The translations under genes and the position numbers were made by a program. Positions 1 through 18,746 of a stretch of 64,000 bases of DNA are shown in pieces. The notes under the pieces were generated by a model. The model was not told the origin of the DNA, ran no database searches, and worked only from the letters and a program-made list of their open reading frames with translations. The first letter of the stretch is position 1. Each line of letters begins with the position of its first letter. This DNA comes from the human T2T-CHM13v2.0 reference genome, Homo sapiens: NCBI RefSeq assembly GCF_009914755.1, contig NC_060925.1. One strand, 5' to 3'.

Positions 1-160
1 TAAGGTCAGGAGTTCGAGACCAGCCTGGCCAACATGATGAAACCCCATCTCCACTAAAAACACAAAAATTAGCCTGGTGCGGTGGCAGACGCCTGTAATC
101 CCAGCTACCTGGAAGGCTGAGGCAGGAGAATCACTTGAACGTGGGAGATGGAAGTTGCAG
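1..160 (+). mobile_element. Alu (partial; cut by window start, 3' end missing)
   Basis: GGTCAGGAGTTCGAGACCAGCCTGGCCAAC...GAAGTTGCAG, then stops abruptly. Confidence 0.9.
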
Positions 161-230
161 TACGTGCCACTACATCCAGCTAATTTTCATATATTTTGTA
201 TAGACAGGGTCTCACTATTTGCCCAGGCTG
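161..230 (-). mobile_element. Alu fragment (linker region), inverted and fused to the previous Alu
   Basis: GCCACTACATCCAGCTAATTTT...AGACAGGGTCTCACTATTTGCCCAGGCTG. Confidence 0.75.
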
Positions 231-1430
231 AATGTGAACTTATTTTAAACTATTTGTCAGGCAATTCGTGTATCTCTAATTCTTTAGGGTCAGTTACTAG
301 AGTTTATTGGTTCCTTTGGTGGTATCATCTTTCCGAAATTCCTTATGATCCTTGTATTCTTGCAAAGGTGTCTGTGCATTTGATGAAAAAGTTACCTCTT
401 CCAGACTTTATGGGCTGCCATCAGTAAGGAGAGACCTTCACCTGTGGGTGTGGAGAGAGGGTAGAGAAGGAGAGAGGCACTCTGGGGCATGCTGTGGCAT
501 GGGGTCTAAGGGCACAAGATACCAAGTGGTGTGTGTGTGTGGTGACTTGAGGTCTAGGGGGGACACTGAGTCTTGTCAGCCTAGACAGTTAAGAGTCTGT
601 GACATTGGCACCTGTGTGATCCTTGACGGCAAAAGTTGTGGGAGGTCTGCAGAGGCTGCAAGGGCTACTGGAGTCCTCTGCTGTGCCTCTGTGTCCAGCA
701 ACAAAGGGCCATGGCTAGCAACAATGAAGGCCAGAGCCAGTGAAATGCACATCCTCTGGTGTAGAGGCTGGCTGCAGACATGCCTCTGGCAGCAGATCCA
801 GATGTAGCCTCATGCACTGGGGTAAGTGCTGGAGACAGAAACAGGAGATGGGCAAGACTGTAAGAGCACATGTGGGATGGTCAGGGCTGGAAGCTTGCTT
901 ATCCTCAATTGCAGGGACCAGCTAGGGTTAGGTGACAGGAATTAGACTATCTGTGTATATGTGGGCAGCTGCAGGGCCATCTGTGATTGCAAGCACAGTG
1001 GTAGGGGCAGGAGCCAAGGGGCAAGATCACCTACTTATAGACATAAAACTGTGACAGCCAGGGCTGGCAGCATGCAGTAGCCTAGCTGCTGGGGTAAGCC
1101 TCAGGTACATGTAGTGGTGGGTTTGAAGCCTGTGATGAGTGGTCACAGAGCTGTTTTCAGGCACACATGCAGTAGCTGTGTTGTGTCCCTGGGCCAAAGA
1201 ACCCACAGGGGCAGCAGCTGGGGTGGCTCTGGGGAGGAGGGATTTCAGGTGCTTAGGCACCTGAAAAATACGAAGTCTGCTGAGGAGGGATTCTAGACCC
1301 AAGCAGGAGCAGCTCAGGTGACTCCAGGTGGGGAAGGGAGAGGAGTGGTAGGTCACACACCCAGAGACTGTCAAGGCTGCTGGGCTGTGTTCCCAGGCCA
1401 GAACAACTACAGCAGTAGCAGTCTTGCAGC
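231..1430 (-). mobile_element. Old L1M 5' region (ORF1 start / GC-rich 5'UTR)
   Basis: Antisense L1 ORF1-start-like text (tctttagggtcagttactagag...tttgatgaa) followed by a diverged GC-rich UTR-like tract. Confidence 0.55.
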
Positions 1431-1434
1431 TCTG

Positions 1435-3150
<1,716 letters not shown>

Positions 3151-3321
3151 CATTGAGGATTCCATTATCTCTTGCTTGCACTAGTACAACAGACTCATAC
3201 CTGATTTCTCTGTCTTCTGTCTTGTTTCTTTTAAATCTAGCCTGTGCACAGCAGAGCGCTCTTCACTAAACTGTGTATTTGTGGGGAGATATCACTCCCC
3301 ACTTAAAAGTCTTTTACTGCT

Positions 3322-3624
<303 letters not shown>

Positions 3625-4595
3625 GGCTTTTACTGCTTTCTACAGTTCCAAATTCTCAATGTGTCATACAAGACTTACTCACTTTCACCTCATCTCTTAT
3701 CTTCCTTTTCCCCCGACTTTCTTCTGCACTAACAGCAACCTACACTTATCTCTTCTCATTTGCTACATCAAATCATGCTTTTTTTCTCTGAATGGAATGA
3801 ATGGAATATGATTCCTTTGATTCTTTATTTGGCTGTGACTCATTCTTTATAATCCAATGTGGATGTCACCTCCTCTAGTCTTTTTTTATTTCCTTTATTT
3901 AAAAAATATTCATTTACAAATAACTATTCTGTGTCTGTTACATGCCAGGCACTATGCTAGGTGTTAGGGCTACAGAGGGGAGAAAGACAAACAAAGTTCT
4001 TGCCTGCAAACATTCTTGAAAGTTACAACCCACCCCCATTATCTATGCTCCCCTAGCATCTCATGCTTGCCTCAATTTTCTCATTAATCATATAATATAA
4101 AATTATCAATTTATATTCATCTGACTAGTACATAGTGAGCATTCAATAAATGTTTCTTTAACCATAGTTATAAACTGATGCTTTTAACATTACATTAAAA
4201 CTTTTTGTTGTTGTTAAGTTTTTGGATTTCTTCTCCTTCTTCACTGTCAACTGAGAACTGAACAATTCCCAAGGAGCCAGGGTCAACAAGGCCCCCACAC
4301 TGTCTCACCCAAGCAACTGAGGATAAATTGTTACCTAGCTAGGTATCCAGAAATATGGAAAAATCATTAAACGGGGGCTCAGGAACAAGGGGAGGATGAG
4401 AAGAAAAAATATTAAATGATCGTAAAGAAACTGTGTCTGTAGGGCCAGAGAGATGATGTAAGAATCAAAATTCTCCCAGCTAAAGGAAATATAACTACAA
4501 TCCATAAAGTCTAAAACTTGAATTTAACTGCTGGTCTCAAATATTTCCTTCCTAACTCAAAGTTTAAGAAAGTCAACAGCAAAATGATTATTGTT

Positions 4596-4900
<305 letters not shown>

Positions 4901-5959
4901 TTAAAACACACAAAGTCATGTAGGAGTAGAACCGGAAGACAGCAGTAGAATCACTGGGTAGAAGGTACAATTACACATATTTCAACTTAATATAAGGAAG
5001 ACAACAGAAAAAGCTGCTCAAAAATGAAACTGGTTATTATAGGAGGGCAAAACTCCTAATAATAAGATATTATTATTCAGTAATAATAAGATATTACCGA
5101 GGTTGTGAATGTTTTAGTTTGGCAAAGCCTCCCAATCCCACACTACCATTTTCTCAAAATAACCTAAATAGTGTGCTAGCCTCACAAACACTGCTCTTCA
5201 CTATATGGAACTGACTTCTCTCTGCTGATGGGACCACCCAAATAACACATATAATAGTGAGGGTGAGAGAAGAAAATAAATGAAGTGAAACAGTTACCTG
5301 TCACCTCTCAGATAGGACACAGAATAATTAAAAATTTTGGTTGGGGCTAGTTGGCCACCTTTTAATGTTAGTGGATTTATCCATTAAAGAGTGGAAGTAT
5401 GACCTACTCTAGCCATTAAAAACAGACTCAAGCACTTTAAAGAAATATCTCATTAAATTATGTCCGGCAATTTCTGCCAAGCAGTGAAACTCAATATTAT
5501 CTTTCTTTCACAAGGGCTAGTGAGATAAAGTGCTTTAAAAAAAAATGGTTTGGTCTCTTGAAAAGGAATAAACATTTTTGGAGACCAAGTATAGTACAGT
5601 ATAATACAGCACAGTCATATTATTAGCAGGGGAAAACACTTCCTTCTCTGTGGTTTTCTAAAAAATGTTAAAAACCAGAGTGGCAAATTATAATTTTCAC
5701 AGGATGATTATAGACTACAACTTCAATTACATAACTCCATTTCTCTTTCACATGTTTAAGTGATATAAATACGTATTCAAAGGATGGCTGGAGAAGTCCT
5801 GTGGTAGCTTCCATAATGGGTGTCCAAAATATATAGGCAGTTTAAATAAAAATGAGCAACCACATTTTGTATAGAATGTAAATGGAAAAAAATTTTTATC
5901 TTACTAGCCTAAGCTTTTAAATACTTGAATCATGCTCTGTCTTAAAAAATTCTAGTTTA

Positions 5960-6297
<338 letters not shown>

Positions 6298-6507
6298 TTA
6301 TGACCTCCATTGTATACACTTTTGAAGTCTTGGTGATGACTTTTCCTAGCACATAGTAAGAGCTCAATAAATATTTCTTAAATAAGTTAAAACATCCATG
6401 CTCTCTTTCCCATTTCCTTATAACCATGGTCAGAGTTGGGCATGAAAGTGCTGTTTGTAGCCATGGAACAGAATTTAAATATTTCCTTATAATATTCTTT
6501 AGGCTTG

Positions 6508-6817
<310 letters not shown>

Positions 6818-6980
6818 TTATATATATATATATTCTTTAGGCTCACTTAGACCCAAATAGGCACAACACACAAACAAACGTGTTCAATCTTATCTGCCCC
6901 TTCTCTTTGTTTCTTTAGGACCCCTGTGTGCAACACTATCACTGCATTTTTTATATTATGCCATCACTATTATTATTATC

Positions 6981-7326
<346 letters not shown>

Positions 7327-7473
7327 TAGGTATAGTGTTATTCATCTTTGTTATCTAAAGATATTAAGCACAGTGTCTGCTTCATAGTAAGTGCTCCAAC
7401 CCAATGAGTTAAAGGACTTCCGGGGTCAATCCTAATGAATCTACTCAACTACACAGTCAATAGCAAAAAAAAG

Positions 7474-7772
<299 letters not shown>

Positions 7773-8050
7773 TAGAAAGTTCTTTGTTAGCCTGATGGTT
7801 CTAAGTAAAAATCATTTCAACCAATCCATCTGAATTCCGTCTGTTGAAACATGAAACTAACAGAGCGAGAAGGAGCACATTAGTAGTAACCTTGCATGGA
7901 CAGTTTCTGCCTTCAAGAATTTACCGAGATTTAATTAATGCTACATTAACTTTATCTGTTCATTGCTCTGGCAGATAAAAAAAAAGGGAAGTGCGCAGGT
8001 AGGTGGGGGATGGGCCTTCTGTTCAAAGAAAAGCTGGCAAACAGGCTTAC

Positions 8051-8146
8051 TTCTTCCGACTGTTCCCGGGTCTGTGCAGGTGAAGATCTTCTTCCCACTG
8101 TAAGTCGATGGCAGGGATAAGAGAGCCCTGATTCAGCAAGACACAT
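8051..8146 (-). CDS. FAF1: Internal coding exon of FAF1 (probably exon 9; about aa 249-280, end of second ubiquitin-like domain and start of linker)
   Basis: Minus strand reads ttctactttttgcag|ATGTGTCTTGCTGAA...CAGTCGGAAGAA|gtaagc. Canonical AG/GT, 96 nt, phase 0-0. The translation MCLAESGLSYPCHRLTVGRRSSPAQTREQSEE matches my recollection of human FAF1 (…SATDDS-MCLAES…EQSEE-QITDVH…). Confidence 0.96.
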
Positions 8147-9868
8147 CTGCAAAAAGTAGAATCCATCATTTGTAAACAAAATACGGCCATGTTTCACAAA
8201 AGGATTTGACTTTTCAGGTATTTTCTATTATTGCTGAAGCTAGATTAGAAAGCTAACTCTAGTATCCTGGGTATTACATTACCAGGAAGGCTTTGAAAAT
8301 TTGAAATTTTTCCACACATGGGATGTTATGGTAGCTAAGGCTAATTTTCATTAGATGATAGACTGAGGTTCTAGGAAACTGGTATGAGCCCAAAATAAGG
8401 CAAATCATACATACTTGCCCCCAATCCCCCACTGCCTCAATGTGCGTCTGCTACTTTTCTGATTAGCAGAATAATACCTCATTTTCCTAACTCCGAAGGC
8501 AGTAGGGATAGAAATATAAAATTGTAGGTGAGATACAAAATTTAAAATTTCCATAAGATACATATATCAGAAATATACAAAAATCTAAGTTTAGGTTTTA
8601 TCATAAAGGAAGCTGCCTTATATTTGAGTAGTTACAAAAGTTCTCCTATTACAGGGTGCTTCCTCAAATACTTCATTTTCAATACACTGTTTCGACAGAT
8701 TAGCCTTAAATAACCTGAGTCAATGATGCTTCAGGTTCTCCCAGAGTTTACTTGTCAAAACTGGTTAATAAAGAAGACAATGATAAGACATGATTATTCC
8801 TAGAGCTCTGTATAATCTCACAATTGCAAGTATTAAAAGTCCTTATAAACCTGTCTTTAAAAGATACTTTGAAAAATGTCTTGGGAAGATGATGAATATA
8901 CATACATAGGACAAATGAAACCAAAACAAAACAAAAAATAAGCAAATGAAAAAATTACAACTGTCCTTAATGACACCTAGATAGGGATAGTATTTGATTA
9001 TTACTTTCTCCACAGCGTAGGGATAATAAGGTTGAGTTTATGGGTAAAGCAATGAGAAAATGCCTAGCACACAGTTGGTGGCTCAACAAACATTACTTTT
9101 TACTAGTCTGTGAAGAATATCTGTGGCTTGAGATAAAATGTCCAGCGAAAAGGATGGACTCTAGAAAACATGACTTTAGCAGAAACACCTTCCTCACCTA
9201 GACTGTTCCATGAGAGAAGCCCACTGTCACCTTATATTCTGGGGTCTTTCTAAGTTAGCCTGTTCCTTAATTAACACAAGAGTAGTTATCTTATTCAATT
9301 CAATTATTTAGTCTTTACAATGTCAACCAAAAAGAAAAAAAAAAGTGACCCTAGTGGTGATGATGATGCTTATATATAAAAAAATGCCCATAGAATTTGA
9401 ATAAATATCATGAAATATGAGGGTAGCTACAAAAGCAGTATTTGTAAATTAACATTATATAATATTAACATTATTTTAAGTATATGTGTCCAATTAAATA
9501 ATTTGACAATTATACTACATCAACACAAAAAGTTTATGCATTTAAATTATCCAAAGAAAACCCTTTTTCACAAAAATAATTATTATTTTACAGTATTTAT
9601 ATTTTTAAGGCCACATCTTAAGGAAAAAATAGCTATAGTTGGCAAGAATTTAATTGTTCTTGTCAGCTGTCAATGATTGAAATATAAGGATGGTAAATCA
9701 TTTTTTGACAAGACATGAAGAAAAATGAACAAAATTAAGTAAATTTGTTCTGTTAAAAAGTAATCCATGGAAAAGGCAGGCACTTAACAAATTCTTGTTG
9801 ATCCCTAAAGGAACTTTTTCTATTTAGTAACAGGAGACGGCTAAGTGTAGAATGGACTTTTAAACTCA

Positions 9869-10415
<547 letters not shown>

Positions 10416-10482
10416 GGCTAAGTTTTCTGTTCTGTAAAATTAACATGACCTTTCCTAACAGGCTTTCTGTGAGGATGGCTTA

Positions 10483-10917
<435 letters not shown>

Positions 10918-11022
10918 CTATGTGATTCTCAAAGTATGTACTACAGGCACAGGGTTCTTGAGATTCTTTCAGTAGTTCCATAAGGTCAAAATTATTTCAT
11001 AATAATACTTAAATGGCATTAG

Positions 11023-11408
<386 letters not shown>

Positions 11409-11758
11409 TAAGGTAGTAACACCAAGCTGTTAAAAATCTCCAGTTCCATTTACTCACTGTAAAAATGGCAGTTTCATTTAATAATGTCCCTGTTAAATCA
11501 GTAAAAATTATTAAGTAATTTAATTTATTTATTAAGTAAATTTTGACTCTTAATACATGTCTTTTAATATTCTATGTGACAAATGGGAAGTATGTATAAA
11601 GGACTTCTACAGCATACCAAAGTATAATGGATGGGTTGAAGAAAAAGCATGTGTGTTTCAGTTATATGCTGAATCAGCCACTTTTTTTCAGAAACACCAT
11701 TACTACTTAAACAAATGATGGGCAGACAAACTGTGGTTATTTGGATTTGGTATTTAGA

Positions 11759-11969
11759 CAAGTATCCCTTATTTAAAATGCTTGGGACCAGAGGTGTTTC
11801 AGACTTAGAACTGTTTTGGGTTTTGGAATATTGGCATCATATATACCTAACAGTTGAGCATCTCAAATCTAAAAATCCAAAATCTGAAATGCTCCAATGA
11901 GCATTTCCTTTTAACATCATGTTGCTGCTTAAAAAGTTTCAGATTTTCAGATTACGGATACTCAACCTG
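11759..11969 (+). mobile_element. Tigger4a/MER46A MITE nested in Charlie1a
   Basis: AGTATCCCTTATTTAAAATGCTTGGGACCAGAGGTGTTTC...GGATACTCAACCTG. Confidence 0.8.
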
Positions 11970-13256
11970 TGATTGAGTATCCCTAATTGCTGAACATTTT
12001 CTCCAAAATGAATGAAGTGAGACTACTACTTCAAGGAACAGGTCTGACAGTATTAATTGCCAATGACAAAATTTGAGTTTTCATGTAAAAATTAAGAGTT
12101 TTAAAAACTATCAGCCATCATGAGCTTGACAGCTTCTCAATGCTTAAAGCCTTTGTGATGCGTTCAGTGGTTATATTAATATAATAGATGTGACTTTTTA
12201 TATCATGTAATGAAATGTGTCAACATTTAGAAAATCTGCATAACTCACAAGACCAATATTCTCCAAATGAACAGTGATTGCATGATGTTATAAAATTATG
12301 TATGGATAAAGGTTTAATTCAAACTGTGAGGCAGACCAATGTATCTTACTGTGACAAAGTATTAATACAAAATGTATAGTGGTAGGGCTTCAGATTCTAC
12401 ATTGAAAGTAACATTTAGCTTTACCCGAGAAAGCTCCTTGCCACATATACACACACAAAAAAATTAAAATAAAAAAAATAAGACTAACCTTTAGGAAACT
12501 ACCACTTCTCAAGTTCTAGTTTAGTATCAAAGAATAATATCTATAATTATTTGAAAAGACTATTAAAATACTCCTCCCTTTTCCAACTATAGATCTGTAG
12601 GAGGTCAGATTTTCTTCATATTTTCAATCAAAAAAATTCATTACAACAGGTTAAATGCAGAAGAAGGAAGACACGAAAATCCAGTTGTCTTCTATTAAGA
12701 CAGACATTAAAGAGATTTGTAAAAGTATAAAAACAGTGTCACTTTACTTACTGAATTTTTAGAAAATATAATTACTTTGTATAAAAATGCTATTTATATT
12801 AACATGTAATTCACTTGTTATCTTAAATATTATTTTCTTCAATATTAATTTTTAGAATGGTAAATGTCAATGAATATAATCCACATAAACAAAAGCTCTC
12901 TGGGGTCTTTGATGATTTCTTTACAAGTGCAAAAGGATCCTGAGACCAAAAAGCTGTGAACTGCTGAACTATGTAATGTGTACATATGCAACTAATTTTC
13001 ATGAATAATGACAACTATTACTTGAAACAACTGAGAAGACAAAAAAGCTCTTTCAAAATCTTAGAATCTTTTCGATGTTTCTTCTTTACACAATAAACAA
13101 AGCATATAGTATTTTCTTTGTATTATTCTTTATGTTATTCTTCACATGAAAATAAAATACTAGGACAATATGCAAAGGAAAACTCCAGTAAACCATCATG
13201 ACTGATCTCTGGCTATGTCTAACAAGTTGTTAGTAAAACACAGTATTATCATGTTA

Positions 13257-13742
<486 letters not shown>

Positions 13743-14339
13743 AATTAGTTCTTCAAAGTATTTTTTATTTTATAGCCAAATTTTAACCCTCCCCAAATAC
13801 ATGCTTGCAGTCTGTCTTTTTTTCTAATTATAAATGACAAAGAATAAGACATTTTAAGAGTATTGGAAGCTATAAAACCTGTTATGGGACCTTGGGTCAG
13901 TAACCAAGAGTCTTAACATCTCCTTTTGTAAAATATAGGTACGACCAACTAAATGGCCTCTCAGATCCCTTCTAGCCCTAATGGGCTATGATCTTCATAC
14001 ATCACTAAGGAGATTTGGTTATGTCACCTGCAGACTCCTTGCTCTGCATGTGACACACCCAGTAACACAAGTGAACGAGATTCAAACTACAGCTTTACTG
14101 TTTTTATCTTTTATTCACTCAGTTTGTAAAATACAATTCTCTTGTGTTTTAAGAAGAACAATTAATATGAGACATTTTTTAAAAACCATATCTCAAGCTT
14201 GTCATCGTCCTCACAAGACACTGATGTAATTTCATCCAGATTTGGGAATGCTACCGGATATTAGCACTGACTACACTGCACTGATGATCTTTTTAATCTG
14301 TGTATTTGTATGTCAAGATGTATCCAACTGTACACTTAA

Positions 14340-15020
<681 letters not shown>

Positions 15021-16427
15021 CACAACCATTTAAAAAGTATCCAATCGAACAACTATTAAGGCTCTAAGATATCTTGTCTTACTATCTGATAACCAGTAAT
15101 TACTTTCTTTGGCTTAATTAAAACAGCTACTCCTAGATACCATCCATTAGTCAGAAACTACATAGTAAGTGCTTAACATATGTCTACCATACATGACAAC
15201 TCTGTAAATTAAAGACTATCGTGATTGTACAAATCATAAAACAACCTTAGAGTAGTGGAGTAACCTGTCCAAGATAAATCAGGTACCAGATGGCAAACCA
15301 GATTTAACTCCAAAAGCCATGGAGTTTTCTATTACATCACATTTCCAACGTAGATAAGGTTTTTTATAGTAAGGAGTCCTGAAGATGACTTCTAGAATAC
15401 CCCTTTTAAATTTTCAGATGCTTACTGTTCAGCTAAATAGATTACTGAGGTAGTTTTAAACCGAACTGAGTCATGAGGCTAAAATTTCATTTACTGCCAA
15501 CCAAAGCGCAACTCTAAAAAGCTTATTTTTATTCACAATCCGAGGTTTCTTCTGCCCTTCCCCCAGCCATTTTTTTTGTCACTTATGTGCTAGAAAAGTC
15601 ACACAGAGCTTTAATTTGTGGCAGGTTGAAGCAAGCTTATCAAGAATGCTAGTTACCAAGTGTACATGCACTTGTCTGGACTAGCCCACTGCCACATTCT
15701 TGTAGCAGGGTTAAACAGCAGTTTAGTCACCTCATAAAAAAGCACACTGTTAAAAAGGAAGTGACTAATAATATTCTGGAACCAACAGAATATTAAAAGA
15801 CATGTGCAGGTCAAGATCAATTATCAACAAAACTCCTGTGTAAATAGCTCAAAAAACTGTGTTCTCTGCCTGGCCTTGCTGCGTTATAGTCCTCAATTGA
15901 TTTGGCAAGTTGGTAAAGTTTAATGAAATAAACACCAACAGTTACAAGTTCTCAGGCTTTTTGCTATGTACATAAACACAAACACTACCATGTAAGCAAC
16001 CGGAGCTGGAAGAAACAAGGATGGCTGCTATACATGGCTTCATTTTACACACAAGATACTAGATTTGGAAGAGTCCTCAGAATTCATCAGTTGCTTGTAT
16101 CCCAACCAGGAGATCTTGAAGCCTTAGCTGAGTCAAGTGCTACTGCCATATCTTCCACCACTCAGCATCTCCCTTGCCCCATTCCAAGCTAGTAATAAGA
16201 ATTTCCAGAGAGAAGGTATCAGCAGCCTTCTCTTAAACTTCTATCAGTGATCCCACCATCCCCAACAGATTCCAAATGAAAGGCAGTTTCTCCTCACAAG
16301 ATAAGGGTCTAATCCTCTCACTTAACAGGAAAAGAAACTGAGGTATAGAGAGGTAAAGTGTTTGTCCCAAGTCTCACATCTGCTTAATGATAGCACAAGC
16401 ATGTTCTCTTCTTGACTCCTAATCTCG

Positions 16428-16753
16428 GTTTTTCTTTTTCTTCTTTTTTTGTTTTTTGAGACAGTCTTGCTTTGTTACCCAGACTGGAGTGCAGTGGTAC
16501 AATCACGGCCGACTGCCACCTCGATCTCCCAGCATCAAGCAATCCTCCCACCTCAGCCTCCTGTGTGGCTGAGTCTGCAGGTGCATGCTGCCATGCCCAG
16601 CTAATTCTTTAATTTTTTGTAGAAATGAGGGTCTCCTTATTTTTTGTAGAGATGGAGTCTCATCATGTTGCCCAGGCTGGTCTTGAGCTCCTGGGCTCCC
16701 CCTTTTGGCCTCTCAAAGTGCTGGGATTACAGGTGTGAGCCACCACACCCAGC
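16428..16753 (-). mobile_element. AluJ with duplicated linker segment
   Basis: TTTTTGTAGA(A/G)ATG occurs twice. Confidence 0.88.
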
Positions 16754-17599
16754 CAGCTATGTGTTTTTTAAAGATGTTACAGTTAATTGTAAAATACTAA
16801 CAAATATCTTGATTTAATTATCTCATATTTTCTTTTTAAAAGCTTTTGGAAATATATATAGTAATTTTAAATGCTCCTGACTTACTTTTTTGGTTTCTTT
16901 CATTTAATCTGGTGGGACTCTCAAAATCAAGGAGAATCACCTGATGCTATTTTCCACATTATAATTACCCACTTTTATGCTTCCTTATACTGTCCCAACA
17001 TTATCTTGAGATTTTGGCTATCAAACAGAGGTTGCTCAATATAAAAGGTTTTTTTGTTTGTTTGTTTTTTTAATCTTCTAGGGCATTTCATCCCCTAAAA
17101 CCAGATTATGTCATAGCGAGATAAAGAGCTGCTCACTGTAACAGAATTAGCACAATTTCTAAATGGATATGCTTTTATAACTAAACACAGACATCAATAT
17201 TCTTGTACTTCATTACTTATTGATTTTAGTGAGTACACTAGAAGAGGTTCTGAAGTATTTTACGTCATTAAAATACTTCTGAAGAGCATTAAGTTACACA
17301 ATAAGAAATACAACCCAGACCAGCCTAACACTGTCTAATGGCATAGTCCCTCATACCTTTTTAGAGAGAATGGTCAACTTTACCTATATAAAAAAGTACT
17401 ATCCTCAGGTAAGTAAGTGCTCAAGATGTTATTTGTAAGGCAACTTTAAACCAAAGTTATTTCAGCTCAATCAAGAACTCTGTTTCAAAGTCAACTTTTT
17501 TTTTTTTTCACAGAGGCCAATAATCCACACTGTGAATTAAAATAGCCCTTCTTTCACAGTTCCTATCACTACAGCTTTATGCCATTTAGTTGCTTATGA

Positions 17600-17613
17600 G
17601 CACCCTCTGGTGG
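17600..17613 (-). promoter_or_regulatory. CTCF core-motif match
   Basis: Minus strand CCACCAGAGGGTGC versus consensus CCASYAGRKGGCRS (one mismatch), in unique sequence. Confidence 0.5.
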
Positions 17614-18303
17614 AGGGCAGAAGAGGGAAAAGAACATATTAAACACATTGCCTATAACCAGTAAGAAGGGTGAGGGGGAAAGAGAGATCTGGAATATGTG
17701 CAGATTTCTCTTGACTCTGCTTTTCTTCCTCATATTATTTGATAATTTAGAACTATTTGTTGAATGTTATACTAACCATATAGTTACTCAGAGTTGATAA
17801 CTTATTCAATAAATATTAAGTTATTATATGTCAGGCACTTGGATCCAAATAACCTGGCCTTGGAGCCAGGCTTTGATAACTAATGTCATTTCTCAGGAAA
17901 GCTGCTTATCTCAAAACATCTCAGTTTCCTTGTCTGAGAAATGGGAATAATATCTTTGTTGACAGCAATAAAGAGATAAGTGAAAAAATATGTAGCATAG
18001 TGGACTAGATTTTCAACTTTAAAAAAATAAAAATCACACACCACCTCATCTTTGTGTCCTTGCCAGAAGGATTATCATATAGGTGTTTTCAGTTGCAATG
18101 CCCAATTATTTTTAAGAATCTAAGCCTAGATGACAGAATTGGTATCATTTAAGTATTTTATATCAACTTATGTCAATTAAATTTAACTGTATTAGTATAT
18201 GTTCTAAAACATATAACAACCAAATATATTATTCAGTCTTTTCCATACCAAAGATATCCAAATGATGCCGACCAATGTTAAAGAAAAATTTCTTCCTAAG
18301 TGA

Positions 18304-18746
<443 letters not shown>

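Noticed and set aside
352-1374. GC-richer segment with several ORFs suggesting an exon or promoter
   Set aside because: CpG-depleted, contiguous with L1 ORF1-like text, and no recognisable protein; best explained as an old L1 5'UTR.
5057-5096. 16-bp direct repeat TAATAATAAGATATTA with a small hairpin (similar short duplications at 44391-44426 and near 58405-58440)
   Set aside because: Two-copy, AT-rich slippage duplications that are common in introns; no array structure.
7952-8197. 81-aa ORF as a standalone gene
   Set aside because: Only 8051-8146 matches FAF1; the rest is intron read-through past the splice sites.
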